Source of the DNA: Chiloscyllium plagiosum
Taxonomy: Eukaryota
Assembly (NCBI RefSeq): GCF_004010195.1
Contig: NC_057718.1
Location: forward strand, 17,014,268 to 17,040,424
Length of the DNA stretch: 26,157 bases
Direction of reading: 5' to 3'
Numbering within the stretch: the first letter of the stretch is position 1; each line of letters begins with the position of its first letter. The notes below the pieces were generated by a model. It was not told where the DNA came from and made no database searches. It saw only the letters and a program-made list of their open reading frames with translations. The position numbers were made by a program, and so were the translations under genes. Positions 10,088 to 21,713 of this stretch are shown here, one piece after another.

Positions 10088-10422
10088 TAGAATCCCTACA
10101 GTGTGGCAACAGGCCCTTCAACCCAACAAGTCCACACCAACCTCCGAAGAGTATTCAACCCCGAATCATTCCCCTACATTTTACCCCTGACTCATGCACC
10201 TCACTCATAAATCCCTGAACACTATGGGCAATTTACACGTCCAATTCACCTAATCTACACATCTTTGGGTTTTGGGAGGAAACCAGAGCACCCGGAGGAA
10301 ACCCATGCAGCCACAGGAGAATGTACAAACTCCAAACAGACAATTATCCGAGGCGGGAATCAAATCCGGGTCCCTGGCGCCCTGTGGCAGCAGTGCTAAC
10401 CACTGCGCCACTGTACCACCCC
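10088..10422 (-). mobile_element. HE1-type SINE (elasmobranch), full length
   Basis: Antisense tRNA head (gcagcagtgctaaccactgcgcc), central ggaaaccagagcacccggaggaaaccca core and a CR1-like tail. Confidence 0.9.
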
Positions 10423-10597
10423 TTCACTGTGTGTATACATGTGAGGAACAAAGGATCAGCGTTTTAAGCTGAAATATATGTCAGTTGGAATAAAACTGAC
10501 TAGGAAAGTGTATGCTTGAGCTCTGCTTAACCAACATTTTAACTTGGTGCTTAACAAAAAGTTCCAGAATTTTGATTATCTTTTCGAAGTTTTTGAT

Positions 10598-10690
10598 CTC
10601 TTATCTAAGGAAAGACACACTGCCATTGCAGGCAGTCCAGAGAAGATTCCCAAGATTGAACCCAGATACGAAGGGATTTTCTAACGAGGG
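10598..10690 (+). mobile_element. Old CR1 ORF2 fragment
   Basis: ORF 10512-10730 contains SYLRKDTLPLQAVQRRFPRLNP, like CR1 PYLRKDxxxLExVQRRFTRLIP. Confidence 0.7.
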
Positions 10691-11912
10691 ACCAGTTGGT
10701 CAGTGTATGGAGCAATTGATGAGAAAGTAGAGGTTAAGACAAGTCAGTCTAAGAGGAAGAACAGACAGGGCCAGGTTAACGAACATGGCAGGAATAGCGG
10801 TGTGATGTGCATTTATTTTAATGCAAAGGGTATAACAAATAAGGCAGATGAGCTTAGCACCTGGATTAGTACATGGGAGTAGAGTGTTGTAGCCATTACA
10901 GAAACTTGGTTGAGAGAAGGGCAGGACTGGCAGCTCAATATTCAAAGGTTTAAATGTTTCGGGTGAGATAGAGAGGAACGTGAAAAGAGTGGGAGAGTTG
11001 CATTAATGATTAAGGAGAATGTCACAGGCATACTAGGAAAGGACATCTAGGAGGGCTCATCCAGTGAGGCAATATAGATAAAACTTAGCAATAGGAAAGG
11101 TGCAATCACTATGATGGGGTTGTACTATAGCCTCCCATTAGCTAGTGGGAGATAAAGAAACAGATATGTTAAGCACATCATGGAAAGATGTGAGAACAGC
11201 AGGGTTGTTAGTGGGTGATTTCAATTTCCCTGATATTGGCTGGGACTCTCATATTGCCAGTGACTTAGATGGAGCAGAATTTGTTAGGTGCTTTCAGGAC
11301 GGTTTCTTGATATAATATGTAGATAGTCCAACTAGGGAAGGAACTGTACTAGACTTTATATAGTGGAAGGGGTCTAACCAGGTGATCAGTGTTTCAGTCA
11401 GAGAACAGTGATCATAATTCCATATTTTTGGATAGTTCTGGATAAAGATAAAATCGGGCCTTGAGTGAAAGTGCTAAGGTAGGGGAAGGCTAATTAAACA
11501 GTATTAGGCAGGAACTGGAGAAATTTAATTGTGGATCGTTGTTTGAAGATAAATCCATACCTGACATTCTTTTCAAAGCCAGTTGATCAGAGTTCAGGAC
11601 CAGCATGTTCCTGTGTGGATGAAAGATAAGGATGGCAAGATTCAGGAACCTTGGATGACAAGAGGTATTGAAAGTTCAAGTCAAAAAGATAAAGGAAGTA
11701 TGTACAACATTTAGGAAACTGAAATCCAATGACGCCCTTTACAAGTAGAAAGGAAGCAGTAAAGAATTAGGAGTGCTGGGAGGGGCCGTGAAATGTTCTT
11801 GGCAAGTAGGATTAAGGAGAATCCCAAGGCATTTATACATATATTAGGAGCAAGAGAGTAACTAGGGAAAGGGTCGGTCCACTCAAAGACAAAGGAAGGA
11901 ATTTATACCAGA

Positions 11913-12053
11913 GCAATTTACACGGCCAATTCACCTAACCTACACATCTTTGGGTTTTGGGAGGAAACCAGAGCACCCGGAGGAAACCCATGCAGCCACA
12001 GGAGAATGTACAAACTCCAAACAGACAATTATCCGAGGCGGGAATCAAACCCG
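11913..12053 (-). repeat. 141-bp internal HE1 SINE segment duplicated from 10228-10368 and inserted in the CR1
   Basis: Only three mismatches to 10228-10368 by manual comparison. The ORF track shows identical peptides starting at 10272 and 11957. Confidence 0.9.
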
Positions 12054-12901
12054 AGCCAGAGGAAGTGGATGAGATCCTTAATGAGTACTTTGCGTCTGTA
12101 ATCACAAAGGAGAAGGATGGTGGTCAGATTAGAGAGGGATATGTTGATAACCTGGGACATGTCGATATTAAGAAGGAGGAGGTTGTGGGTGTCTTGAAAA
12201 ACATTAAAATAGGTAAGTCCCTGAGGTCTGATGGGAACTATCCAAGGATACTGAAGTAGGCAAAGGAGGAATTTGTTGCGGCATTGCCAGAGATCTTTGC
12301 ATCCTCTTTAGCCAAAGGCAAGGTCTCAGAAGACTGGAGGGTAGGCAATGTCGTTCCTTTGTTTAAGAAAGGCAACAGGGATAATCCAGGAAATGATAGA
12401 ACGGTGAGCCTTACATCAGTGGGAGGGAAATTATTGGAGAAGGTTCTTAGCAAAAGGATTTACTTGCATTTGGAAAAGAAACAGGGATAGTCAGCATGTC
12501 TTTATGTGGGGGGAAGTCTTGTCTCAAAAACATAATTGAGGTTTTTGAGGAAGTGACGAAGATGATTGATGAGATTAGGGCTGTGAATGTTGCTTAGATG
12601 GACTTTGCAAAAACATTGACAAGATCCTTCATGGCAGGCTGGTCCAGAAGATTAAGTCACATGGAATCCACGGTGAGTTAGCAAATTGTGTTCAAATTTG
12701 GTTTGGCCATAGAAGACAGAGGGAAATTGTGGAGGTGTGTTTTCCTGACTGGACGTCTGTGACTTGCAGTGTTCCGCAAGGATTAGTGCTGGGAACTCTG
12801 TGGTTTGTAATACGTATAAATGATTTGGATGAAAATGTAAGTGGTCTAAGTAATAAGTTTGCAGGTGACTCAATATTTGGAGGATTTGTGGATAGTGAGG
12901 A

Positions 12902-12941
12902 AGGTTATCAAAGAATACAGCAGGTTATCAAAGAATACAGC
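12902..12941. repeat. Perfect 20-bp tandem duplication within the CR1 RT region
   Basis: aggttatcaaagaatacagc occurs twice in tandem. Confidence 0.95.
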
Positions 12942-13896
12942 AGAATATAAAAAGTTGGGCAAAGAAATGGCAGGCGGAGTTTAATCTGGACAAATGCGAA
13001 GTGATGCATTTTGAGAGGTCAAACTCAAGGGGAAAATACATAGTAAATGGAAGGACCTTTAGGAGCATTGACATACAGAGGGATCTTGGGGTACAACTCC
13101 ACAACTCCCTGAAAATGGCAATACAAGTGAATAAGGTAGTAAAGAAGGCATACGGCTTGCTTGTTTTCATCAGTCAAGGAATTGAGTATATAAGTTAGCA
13201 AGTCATGTTGTATCAGATTTTAGTTAGGTCAAACTTGGAGTACTGTATATAGTTCTGGTCGCCATACCATCGAAAGGATGTGAAGGCTTTAGAGAAGTTG
13301 CAAAAGAGGTTAACCAGGATGTTGATGAGATTGGAATACATAAGCTGTAAGGAGAATTGGACAAACTTGGATAGTTTTCACTAGAGTGTTGGAGGCTGAG
13401 GGGTGATCTGATAGAAGTATGTCAAATTATGAGAGGCATGGGTAGTCTTTTTCTCAGGGTGAAAATACCAAATGCTAGGGGACATCGGTTTAAGGTGAGA
13501 GTTTAGACATGTGAGAAGAACAATTTTTACAAAGAGGGTGTTAGGTGTCTGGAACGTGCTGAAAGAGGAGACCGGAGAGCAGGTACAGTAGCAACATTGA
13601 AAAGGCATTTAGACAGACACATGAGCAAGCAGAGAATAGAGGGATACGGACCATGCAGATGTGATTAGTTTAGAATGGCATCATATTTGTACACCAGCAT
13701 GAGAGATTTCTTTCAGAGGTCAGACTGAATCTGGGATAAAGTAGATTCCGAACATGGATGATGTTTTGTTTGGGGAATGATCAACTTGGAGTAAAATTTT
13801 TAATATTTAATGAATGTTCAAGAATCCCAGAAAGTAGGTGACTATTAACTCCTATAAAGAAGAATTACCTAACTATTCAGCTTTGTAATTGGAAAC

Positions 13897-14108
13897 AAAG
13901 TAAAGGTAAAGTGGCCGTAGTCCAAGAGGGCTATGTCAATAGTGTGAGGAGACTGGGAGTGGATTAACCTGAGGGTTCACCATGTCTCAGGTGATGGGAG
14001 ACATTGGGAAAGAGAGTATTTCATGGTAACTGTAGCCAGTATTTGGGATTTGAATACACAATGTTTGTCTCATTCTGCATTACGAACCAGCCATCCAGCC
14101 AACTGAAT
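13897..14108 (-). mobile_element. tRNA-derived SINE (family of 8950-9122)
   Basis: Contains aaccagccatccagccaac (antisense head), gggatttgaatac (antisense B box) and a gtaaagtggccgtagtcc tail. Confidence 0.6.
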
Positions 14109-14230
14109 AGAAACAAACATTGACAATAGGAAAAGACAGGCTTTTCAACATGCTGGTTAGAAACAAGAGTTCTGTTTGGTGTCTTTCATGTCAGAAAAAG
14201 TAATTTGCTATGACGATCAGTAATCCCTCT

Positions 14231-14317
14231 AACAAAAACAGAAATTGCTGGAGAAATTCAGTAGGTCTGGCAGCATCTATGGAAGGAGAAAAACAAGAGT
14301 TAATATTTGAAGCCCAG
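14231..14317 (-). mobile_element. PLE terminal fragment (family of 3033-3162)
   Basis: Reads aacagaaattgctggagaaattcagtaggtctggcagcatctatgga...gagttaatattt. Confidence 0.75.
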
Positions 14318-14506
14318 ATTCAAGTGAATCCATACTAAATTAGCAGTGCTCAGCTAAGAGCATGATCATGGTACCTTATGGACTAAGGCGAGGGACAGCC
14401 AGTTAGGTTTCTTGGCTGGGGAAATACTCAGGGCAGAAGTTGTTGAGAGCTAATCTCTGAGGATTGAAGGGTCTGACAAAATTCACATTCTTGGCTAGTA
14501 CAGGGA

Positions 14507-15250
14507 CATAACAGAACATAAAACATAGAACATAGAACAATACAGCACAGAACAGGCCCTTCGGCCCACGATGTTGTGCCGAACATTTGTCCTAGCTTAA
14601 GCACCCATCCATGTATCTATCCAATTGCCGCTTAAAGGTCACCAATGATTCTGACTCTGCCACTCCCACAGGCAGCGCATACCATGCCCCCACCAGTACT
14701 GTGAGCAGTTTTGGTCCATTATTTCAGAAAGGATATTATTTTGTTGGAGGCAGTTCAGACAAAGTTCACTCGGATGATCCCCAACAATGGGGCGGCACAG
14801 TGGCTCAGTGGTTAGCACTGCTGCCTCACAGCACTGAGGTTCCAGGTTCAGCTTTGGACAAGTGTCTCTTTCACGACTGTTGAATTCAATCCCTCTGCTA
14901 ATGAACGCTAATACACCATAGGCCGCCTTACACGCTCTATCCACCTGAGTGGCAACTTTCAATGATCTATGAACATAGACCCCAAGATCCCTCTGTTCCT
15001 CCACCTCACTAAGAACCGTACCGTTAACCCTGTATTCCGCATTCGTATTTGTCTTTCCAAAATGGACAACCTCACACTTGGCAGGGTTGAACTCCATCTG
15101 CCACTCCTCAGCCCAGCTCTGCATCATATCTAAGTCCCTTTGCAGCCGACAACAGCCCTCCTCACTATCCACAACTCCACCAATCTTCGTATCATCTGCA
15201 AATGTACTGACCCACCCTTCGACTCCCTCATCCAAGTCATTAATAAAAAT
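14507..15250 (-). mobile_element. Truncated CR1 LINE with a foreign internal segment
   Basis: (CATAGAA)n tail at 14507-14540 and 3' end to 14695. RT part 14872-15250 reads IFINDLDEGVEGWVSTFADDTKIGG...FNPAKC. Segment 14696-14871 is not collinear. Confidence 0.85.
14789..14851 (+). mobile_element. HE1 SINE tRNA head fragment
   Basis: Reads ggggcggcacagtggctcagtggttagcactgctgcctcacagc...ggttca. Confidence 0.8.
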
Positions 15251-15581
15251 AATACCTCTCAACTGTACCTTTTTCAAATGAATCCATTTGCCTTTTATCA
15301 GAGGCAAATGTGTTATATGATGCCTAATTGGCAAAATGACAAATGACCCAGCCATTGAAAATCTAATTACTGCTGCGATCTCCCAGAGCTCTGGGCTGTT
15401 TCTGTCAAATACATGCTCTACATACTGCCTTCATCCTGAGGCTTTGTATTAAGCACCCAGTACCACACTGTCTCAGAGCAGCTGAGTCCATTCCTGATTC
15501 CTCATTTCGATCCCCACCTCACCCCCACTCTTGCTACATTCAAAGCACCAAGACTCCACACAGTGTTGGGATTCAATATGA

Positions 15582-16005
15582 TAAAACAAAAACACTGCGG
15601 ATACAGGATATCTAAAATAATGGAAGCATTCAGCAGTTTTGGACAGCATCTTTGGGGCAGCATGGTGGCACAGTGGTTAGCACTGCTGCCTCACAGCGCC
15701 AGAGACCTGAGTTCAATTCCCACCTCGGGCAACTGTCTGTGTGGAGTTTGCACATTCTCCCCATGTCTGCGTGGGTTTCCTCCGGGTGCTCCGGTTTCTT
15801 CCCACAGTCCAAAGATGTGCAGGTTAGGTGAATTGGCCATGCTAAATGCCCGTAGTGTTAGGTGTAGGGGAATGGGTCTGGGTGGGTTGCTCTTCGGAGG
15901 GTCGGTGTGGTCTTGTTGGGCCGAAGGGCCTGTTTCCACACCGTAGGGCATCTCGTCTAATCTAATCTTTGGAGAGAATGGTTTGAGTGAAGAATGACTC
16001 TTCAG
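15582..16005 (-). mobile_element. Decayed PLE terminal fragment split by an HE1 SINE
   Basis: ...cagcagttttggacagcatctttgg (to 15655) resumes as atctttggagagaa...tgactcttcaga after 15965. Confidence 0.55.
15654..15964 (+). mobile_element. HE1-type SINE, full length, with target-site duplication
   Basis: A box tggcacagtgg, B box gagttcaattcc (15709-15720) and a (TCTAA)n tail. atctttgg occurs at 15648-15655 and 15965-15972. Confidence 0.92.
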
Positions 16006-16459
16006 ATAATTATTACTTTGGCAATCCAAGTTGTATCAGGGAAAGTCTGGGCAAGTGACATTAAAATGTAAAGGCCAATGGACCACCAATATCCCAAAGT
16101 CTGGGAAAAGGGATGGGGAGGGATTGGGGCATTCTCAAAATCTGAAACACAACCCAGCAAACCCACTTCTGGTTTCAACTCTCAGGGGCTGGGGTAGTTA
16201 CTAAATATGCTAATCAGGCTGGGTGTCTAGGATTTTAGCCACCATGTGGATGTATTGCTGACTGGCTCCTTTTCTCAAGCTGGGAAAAACCCAATCGCTG
16301 AAAATAATGAACTATTGGAACCAGCAGGTAAGTGGTCTTCCAGCACCACTGCAGGCCACTGATGATTCACCTGAGCAAATCTGTCACCCTAATGCCAACC
16401 TCTTCCCTTCCCCATAGCTGCCTCTGGCTCTTTGAAGGCCTGGCCTCTGGTATCCTCTA

Positions 16460-16960
16460 ATATCTTTTCCAATCAATGATTTCCCCAATCTTCAATCTCT
16501 CCCCCAATCATTTCCCCAAACTATGATCCCTCCCAATTCAGGATTTCCCTAATCTGCGATCTTTCCCTAATTATTTCCCCAACCTGCAATCTCTCCCAAT
16601 GATTTCCCCAAATAAGTCCTCTACATACTGCCTTCATCCTGAGGCTTTGTATTAAGCACCCAGTACCCAAGCTGTGATCTATCCATCCATGATTCCTCTA
16701 ATTTGTGAGCCCACTACTCCATGAATTGATAATTCACCCCATCCAAAACCTCCACTGACTCGTGATCCCCAGAATTGTCCATCCCATCCCAATCCGTGAT
16801 CTTCACCTATCCATGATACCCAGTTCATGATTTCCCCCAACCTGCAATAACCTGGGATTTCCCCAATCTGTGGTCTCCCACAAGCCCACAATCCTTCAAC
16901 CCTTCAATTTGTGGTTTCCTGTCAACGCCATCATTCACCCAAACTCCATGAATACCTCAT
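16460..16960. repeat. Degenerate pyrimidine-rich minisatellite
   Basis: Recurring gatttcccc(c)aa / tctg(c/t)gatctc units. Confidence 0.7.
16619..16667 (+). repeat. Exact 49-bp direct copy of 15416-15464
   Basis: ctctacatactgccttcatcctgaggctttgtattaagcacccagtacc is identical at both sites. Confidence 0.95.
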
Positions 16961-17004
16961 TAATCTTATCCTGTCCATTCCCCAGCCAAGCCACAATATA
17001 AACA

Positions 17005-17345
17005 AACAAATTAGGAGCAGGAATAGGCCACTCAGCCCGTCGAGCATGCTCTGTTAATCAATAAGGTCATGGCTGATCTGATTACTCCACAATCCCATCT
17101 TCCTTCAATAACTTTAATGCCCTGGCTTTTCAAGAATCAATCTATCTCTGCCTTAAATATTTGAGAACTCTGCTTTCACTGTCTTTTGAGGAAGAGTTAC
17201 AAAGATTCACAGTACTCTGTGAGAAAATAATTCTCATACCTATATCTTTCTGCCACAAGAGGAAACATTATTTTCACATCCACCCAGTCAAGGACCCTCA
17301 GAATCTTATATGATCTTATATGTTTCAATCAGGCCATCCCATGCT
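17005..17345 (-). mobile_element. Old CR1 3' end
   Basis: Antisense tail aggagcaggaataggccactcagccc...tcatggctgatctg, then agaatcttatatg...tttcaatcagg (antisense LIETYKIL). Confidence 0.75.
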
Positions 17346-17361
17346 TTTCTTTTTTTTGGAA

Positions 17362-17429
17362 TTTTCTAATCAACCTGTTCATTAATATTATGGCACACCT
17401 CTGGAGCAGGTGGGTCTAGGCCTCCTGGC
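17362..17429 (-). mobile_element. 3' half of the short tRNA-derived SINE (outer layer of the nest)
   Basis: Reverse complement of the 6170-6232 family. The remaining half lies at 20459-20492. Confidence 0.7.
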
Positions 17430-17436
17430 ACTACAC

Positions 17437-17570
17437 CATAGAATCCCTAAAGTGTAGACATAGGCCCTTTGGCCCAACAAGTCCAAACCAACCCTCTGAA
17501 GAGTATCCCACCCAAACCCCTTCCCCATTACTCTACATTTACCCCTGACTAATCTGCCAAACCTACACAT
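17437..17570 (-). mobile_element. 3' part of an HE1 SINE split by a CR1
   Basis: Matches 10088-10205 and ends at acctacacat, where the CR1 begins. Confidence 0.85.
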
Positions 17571-20256
17571 TTTTGATAAGGGATAGCATTATAGCTGTGC
17601 TGAGGGAGGATATTGTTGGAAATACATCCAGGGACGTTATTTGGGTGGAACTGAGAAATAAGAAAGGGATGATCACCTTATTAGGATTGTATTATAGACC
17701 CCCTAATAGTCAGAGGGAAATTGAGAAACAAACTTGTAAGGAGATCTCAGCTATCTGTAAGAATAATAGGATAGTTATGGTAGGGGATTTTAACTTTCCA
17801 AACATAGACTGGAATTGCCATAGTGTTAAAGGTTTAGATGGAGAAGAAATTGTTAAGTGTGTACAAGACAATTTTCTGATTCATTATGTGGATGTACCTA
17901 CCAGAGAAGGTGCAACATTTGACCTACTCTTGGGAAATAAGGCAGGGCAGGTGACTGAGGTGTCAGTGGGGAAGCACTTTGGGGCCAGCGACCATAATTC
18001 TATTAGATTTAAAATAGTGATGGAAAAGGATAGACCAGATCTAAAAGTTGAAGTTTTAAATTGGAGAAAAGCCAATTTTGACGGTATTAGGCAAGACGTT
18101 TCGAAAGCTGACTGGGGACAGATGTTTGCAGGTAAAGGGACAGCTGGAAAATGGGAAGCCTTCAGAAATGAGATAACGAGAATCCAGAGAAAGTATATTC
18201 CTGTCAGGGTGAAAGGAAAGGCTGGTAGGTATAGGGAATGCTGCATTACTATAGAAATTGAGGGTTTGGTTAAGAAAAAGAAGGAAGCGTATGTAAGGTA
18301 TAGACAGGAGAGATCGAGTGAATACTTAGAAGAGTATAAAGGAAGTAGGAGTATACTTAAGAAGGAAATCAGGAGGGCAAAAAGGGGACATGAGATAACT
18401 TTGGCAAATAGAATTAAGGATAATCCAAAGGGTTATTACAAATACATTAAGGACAAAAGGGTAACTAGGGAGAGAATAGGGCCCCTCAAAGATCAGCAAG
18501 GCGACCTTTGTGTGGAGCCACAGAAAATGGGGGAGATACTAAATGAGTATTTTGCATCAGTATTTACTGTGGAAAAGGATATGGAAGATATAGACTGTAG
18601 GGAAATAGATGGTGACATCTTGCAAAATGTCCAGATTACAGAGGAGGAAGTGCTGGATATCTTGATACGGGTAAAGGTGGATAAATCCCCAGGACCTGAT
18701 CAGGTGTACCCGAGAACTCTATAGGAAACTAGAGAAGTGATTGCTGGGCCTCTTGCTGAAATATTTGTATCATCGATAGTCACAGGTGAGGTGCCGGAAG
18801 ACTGGAGGTTGTCAAACGTGGTGCCACTGTTTAAGAAGGGTGGTAAGGACAAGCCAGGGAACTGTAAACCAGTGAGCCTGATGTCGGTGGTGGGCAAGTT
18901 GTTTGGAGGGACTCCTGAAGAAGAGGATGTACATCTATTTGGAAAGGCAAGGACTGATTCAGGATAGTCACCATGGCTTTGTTCGTGGGAAATCATGTCT
19001 TACAAACTTGATTGAGGTTTTTGATGAAGTAACAAAGACAATTGATGAGGGAAGAGCAGTAGATGTGATCTATATGGACTTCAGTAAGGTGTTCGACAAG
19101 GTTCCCCATGGGAGAATGGTTAGCAAGGTTGGATCTCACGGAATACAGGGAGAACTAGCCATTTGGATACAGAACTGGCTCAAAGGTAGAAGACAGAGAG
19201 TGGTGGTGGTGGAGGGTTGTTTTCAGACTGGAGGCCTGTGACCAGTGGAGTGTCACAAGGATCAGTGCTGGGTCCTCTACTTTTTGTCATTTACATAAAT
19301 GATTTGGATGCGAGCATAAGAGGTACAGTTAGTAACTTTGCAGAGGACACCAAAAGTGCAGGTGTAGTGGACAGCGAAGAGGTTTACCTCACATTACAAC
19401 AAGATCTGGACCAGATGAGCCAATAGGTTGAGAAGTGGCAAATGGAGTTTAATTCAGATAAATGCGAGGCACTGTATTTTGAGAAAGCAAACATTAGCAG
19501 GACCTATGCACTTAATGGTAAGATCCTAGGGAGTGTTGCTGAACAAAGAGACCTTGGAGTGCAGGTTCATAGCTCCTTGAAAGTGGAGTCGCAGGTAGAT
19601 AGGATAGTGAGGAAGGCATTTGGTATGCTTTCTTTTATTGGTCAGAGTATTGAGTACAGGAGTTGGGAGGTCATGTTGCGGCTGTACAGGACATTGGTTA
19701 GGCCACTGTTGGAATATTGCGTGCAGTTCTGGTCTCCTTCCTATCAGAAAGGTGTTGTGAAACTTGAAAGGGTTCAGAAAAGATTTACAAGGATGTTGCC
19801 AGGGTTGGAGGATTTGAGCTACAGGGAGAGGCTGAACAGGCTGGGGCTGTTTTCTCTGAAGCGTCAAAGGCTGAGAGGTGACCTTATAGAGGTTTATAAA
19901 ATCATGGGGGGCATGGATAGGATAAAGAGGCAAAGTCTTTTCCCTGGGGTCGGGGAGTCCCGAACTAGAGGGCATCGGTTTAGGATGAGAGGGGCAAAAT
20001 ATAAAACAGGCCTAAGGGGCAACTTTTTCACACAGAGGGTAGTACAGATATGGAATAAGCTGCCAGAAGAAATGGTGGAGACTGGTACAATTGCAACATT
20101 TAAGAGGCATTTTGATGGGTTTATGAATGGGCAGGGTGTGGAGGGATATGGGCCGGGTGCTGGCAGGTGGGACTAGATTGGGTTGGGATATCTGGTCGGC
20201 ATGGACGGGTTGGACCGATGTGTCAGTTTCGATGCTGTACATCTCTATGACTCTAT
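17571..20256 (+). mobile_element. CR1 LINE, 5'-truncated within the APE domain, relatively young ORF2 pseudogene
   Basis: ORFs 17573-18724 (YYRPP, VGDFNFP, SDHN), 18737-18967, 18903-19241 (DFSKVFDKVPH), 19217-19426 (QGSVLGPLLF, FAEDTK) and 19442-20176. The tail is ctctatgactctat. Confidence 0.95.
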
Positions 20257-20458
20257 CCCCGAACAATACTGGCAATTTAGCATGGCCAATTCACCTGATC
20301 TGCACATCTTTGGACTCTGCGAGGAAACCGGAGCACCTGGAGGAAACTGACGCAGACACAGGGAAAATGTGCACACAGACAGTTGCCCAAGGCTAGAATC
20401 GAAGCCGGGTCTCTGGCGCTGAGGCAGCAGTGCTAACCACTGAGCCACTGTGCCACCC
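20257..20458 (-). mobile_element. 5' part of the split HE1 SINE
   Basis: Reads cccgaacaatactggcaatttagcatggccaattcacc...gcagtgctaaccactgagccactgtgccaccc. Confidence 0.9.
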
Positions 20459-20589
20459 TTGAGGTAGAGACACCACCATTGCATCACAAGAGTTCTCCCT
20501 TGCTTTTCTAAACTCCATTGGATGCAAGCCTCACTTATTCAAACTCTCCTCAAAAGACAGCCAGCCCATTCCTCCTACTAGTCTGATAG

Positions 20590-21068
20590 TACATTCGCAG
20601 GTTGTACCAACAGTGAAGAAGGTTATCTAAGTTTGCAAAGGGATCTTGATCAATTGGGCCAATGGGTCAAAGAGTAGCAGATGGAGATTAATTTGGATAA
20701 ATTGCCTTTTGGTAAGATGAACAAGGGCCAAGCGTATACAGTTAATGGTATGACCCTGGGGAGCATTGTAGAACAGAGAGACCTAAGAGTTCAGGTACAA
20801 TGTTCATTCAAAGTTGAATTAAATATAGCTGAATGGTTAAGAATGCATTTAGCCTGCTTGCCTTCATTGCTCCGACCATTGAGTATAGGGGTTGGGATGT
20901 CATGTTGAGATTGTATAGGATGTTGGTGAGATCACTTTTGGAATACTGTATACAGTTCTGGTTGTCCTGTTATAGGAAGGATTTTATTAAATTGGAGAGG
21001 GTAAAGAAAAGATTAATGGAGTGTTTGAGTTAAAAGGAGAAGCTGGATAGACTCGGACTCTTTTCACT
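20590..21068 (+). mobile_element. Old CR1 ORF2 fragment
   Basis: ORFs 20681-20908 (EQRDLRVQV) and 20833-21033 (DVMLRLYRMLVRSLLEYCIQFW). Confidence 0.85.
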
Positions 21069-21713
21069 TCTCTCAATTACCTTCACTCAAATGGTGTCCT
21101 CCAAGCTCAGTTAGACTGGTGAGGGTGTCCACTTCCATTGGAATACATTGCAACTGGTATGCTCCACTTGCCATATTTTACAATGATAAAGTCAGTTATA
21201 GCTCCTGTTTGAAGTCCAGTTGGACTTTTGCATGGTTACACTTGTCACTTACCAAATGATCTCTCAGCATCTCATTAAGGATTCAACCAAAGTCACATGC
21301 CTCTGCTAGTCATTTTAACCTCATAAAAATTCTGATACAGATCCTTCTGGTTATCAAATTGCCAAGTAAAAATGACAGTGACTAAGAATTAGAGGAGGCT
21401 TGGGGTCATATAATTCCTTAACTAAATCTGTCAACTCTTGAATGGTTTTAGTATCTGACGCCTTAGGGAAAGTTAAGCTCCTAATAACAGAAAAAGCTGT
21501 GTGTCCACAAACTGTCAGGAGAATTACTCATTGCTTTTCGTCTGCCTCAATATTGTTTGCCTGGAAAAAGTAACACATTCTTTCTACATACCGGACCCAG
21601 TCTTCAATAGCAGATTGGATGGGGCAAGCTTCTCAAATAACAGCATGATGCCAGAAATGCTTACCCTAACTCAAAGACAACTGTTGCAAGCGAATTTCTT
21701 CAGGAACATGCTT

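Larger units (their letters stand above)
10691..13695 (+). mobile_element. CR1 LINE, near-complete but heavily disrupted ORF2 (APE endonuclease and RT)
   Basis: APE start CIYFNAKGITNKADEL...VAITETWL (~10808-10912). ORF fragments include EILNEYFASV, EDWRVGNVVPLFKKG, SVPQGLVLGTLWFVIRINDL..SNKFAGD and QRDLGVQLHNSLK. Many stops and frameshifts. Confidence 0.92.

Noticed and set aside
15654..15725. tRNA-like sequences with A and B boxes (also at 6135, 8950, 10350, 14789 and 20390)
   Set aside because: They are SINE heads joined to SINE bodies, with no complete cloverleaf.
16460..16960. Regularly recurring short repeats (CRISPR-like?)
   Set aside because: The units are degenerate and low-complexity with no constant repeat/spacer lengths, and the context is eukaryotic.
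19526..19975. Antisense ORFs over CR1 (also 17884-18246, 18700-18996 and 25743-26111)
   Set aside because: They are shadow frames of LINE coding sequence with no independent support.
17573..20176. Long ORFs that could be an active RT gene
   Set aside because: Two stops, two frameshifts, a 5' truncation and FADD changed to FAED indicate a dead CR1 copy.
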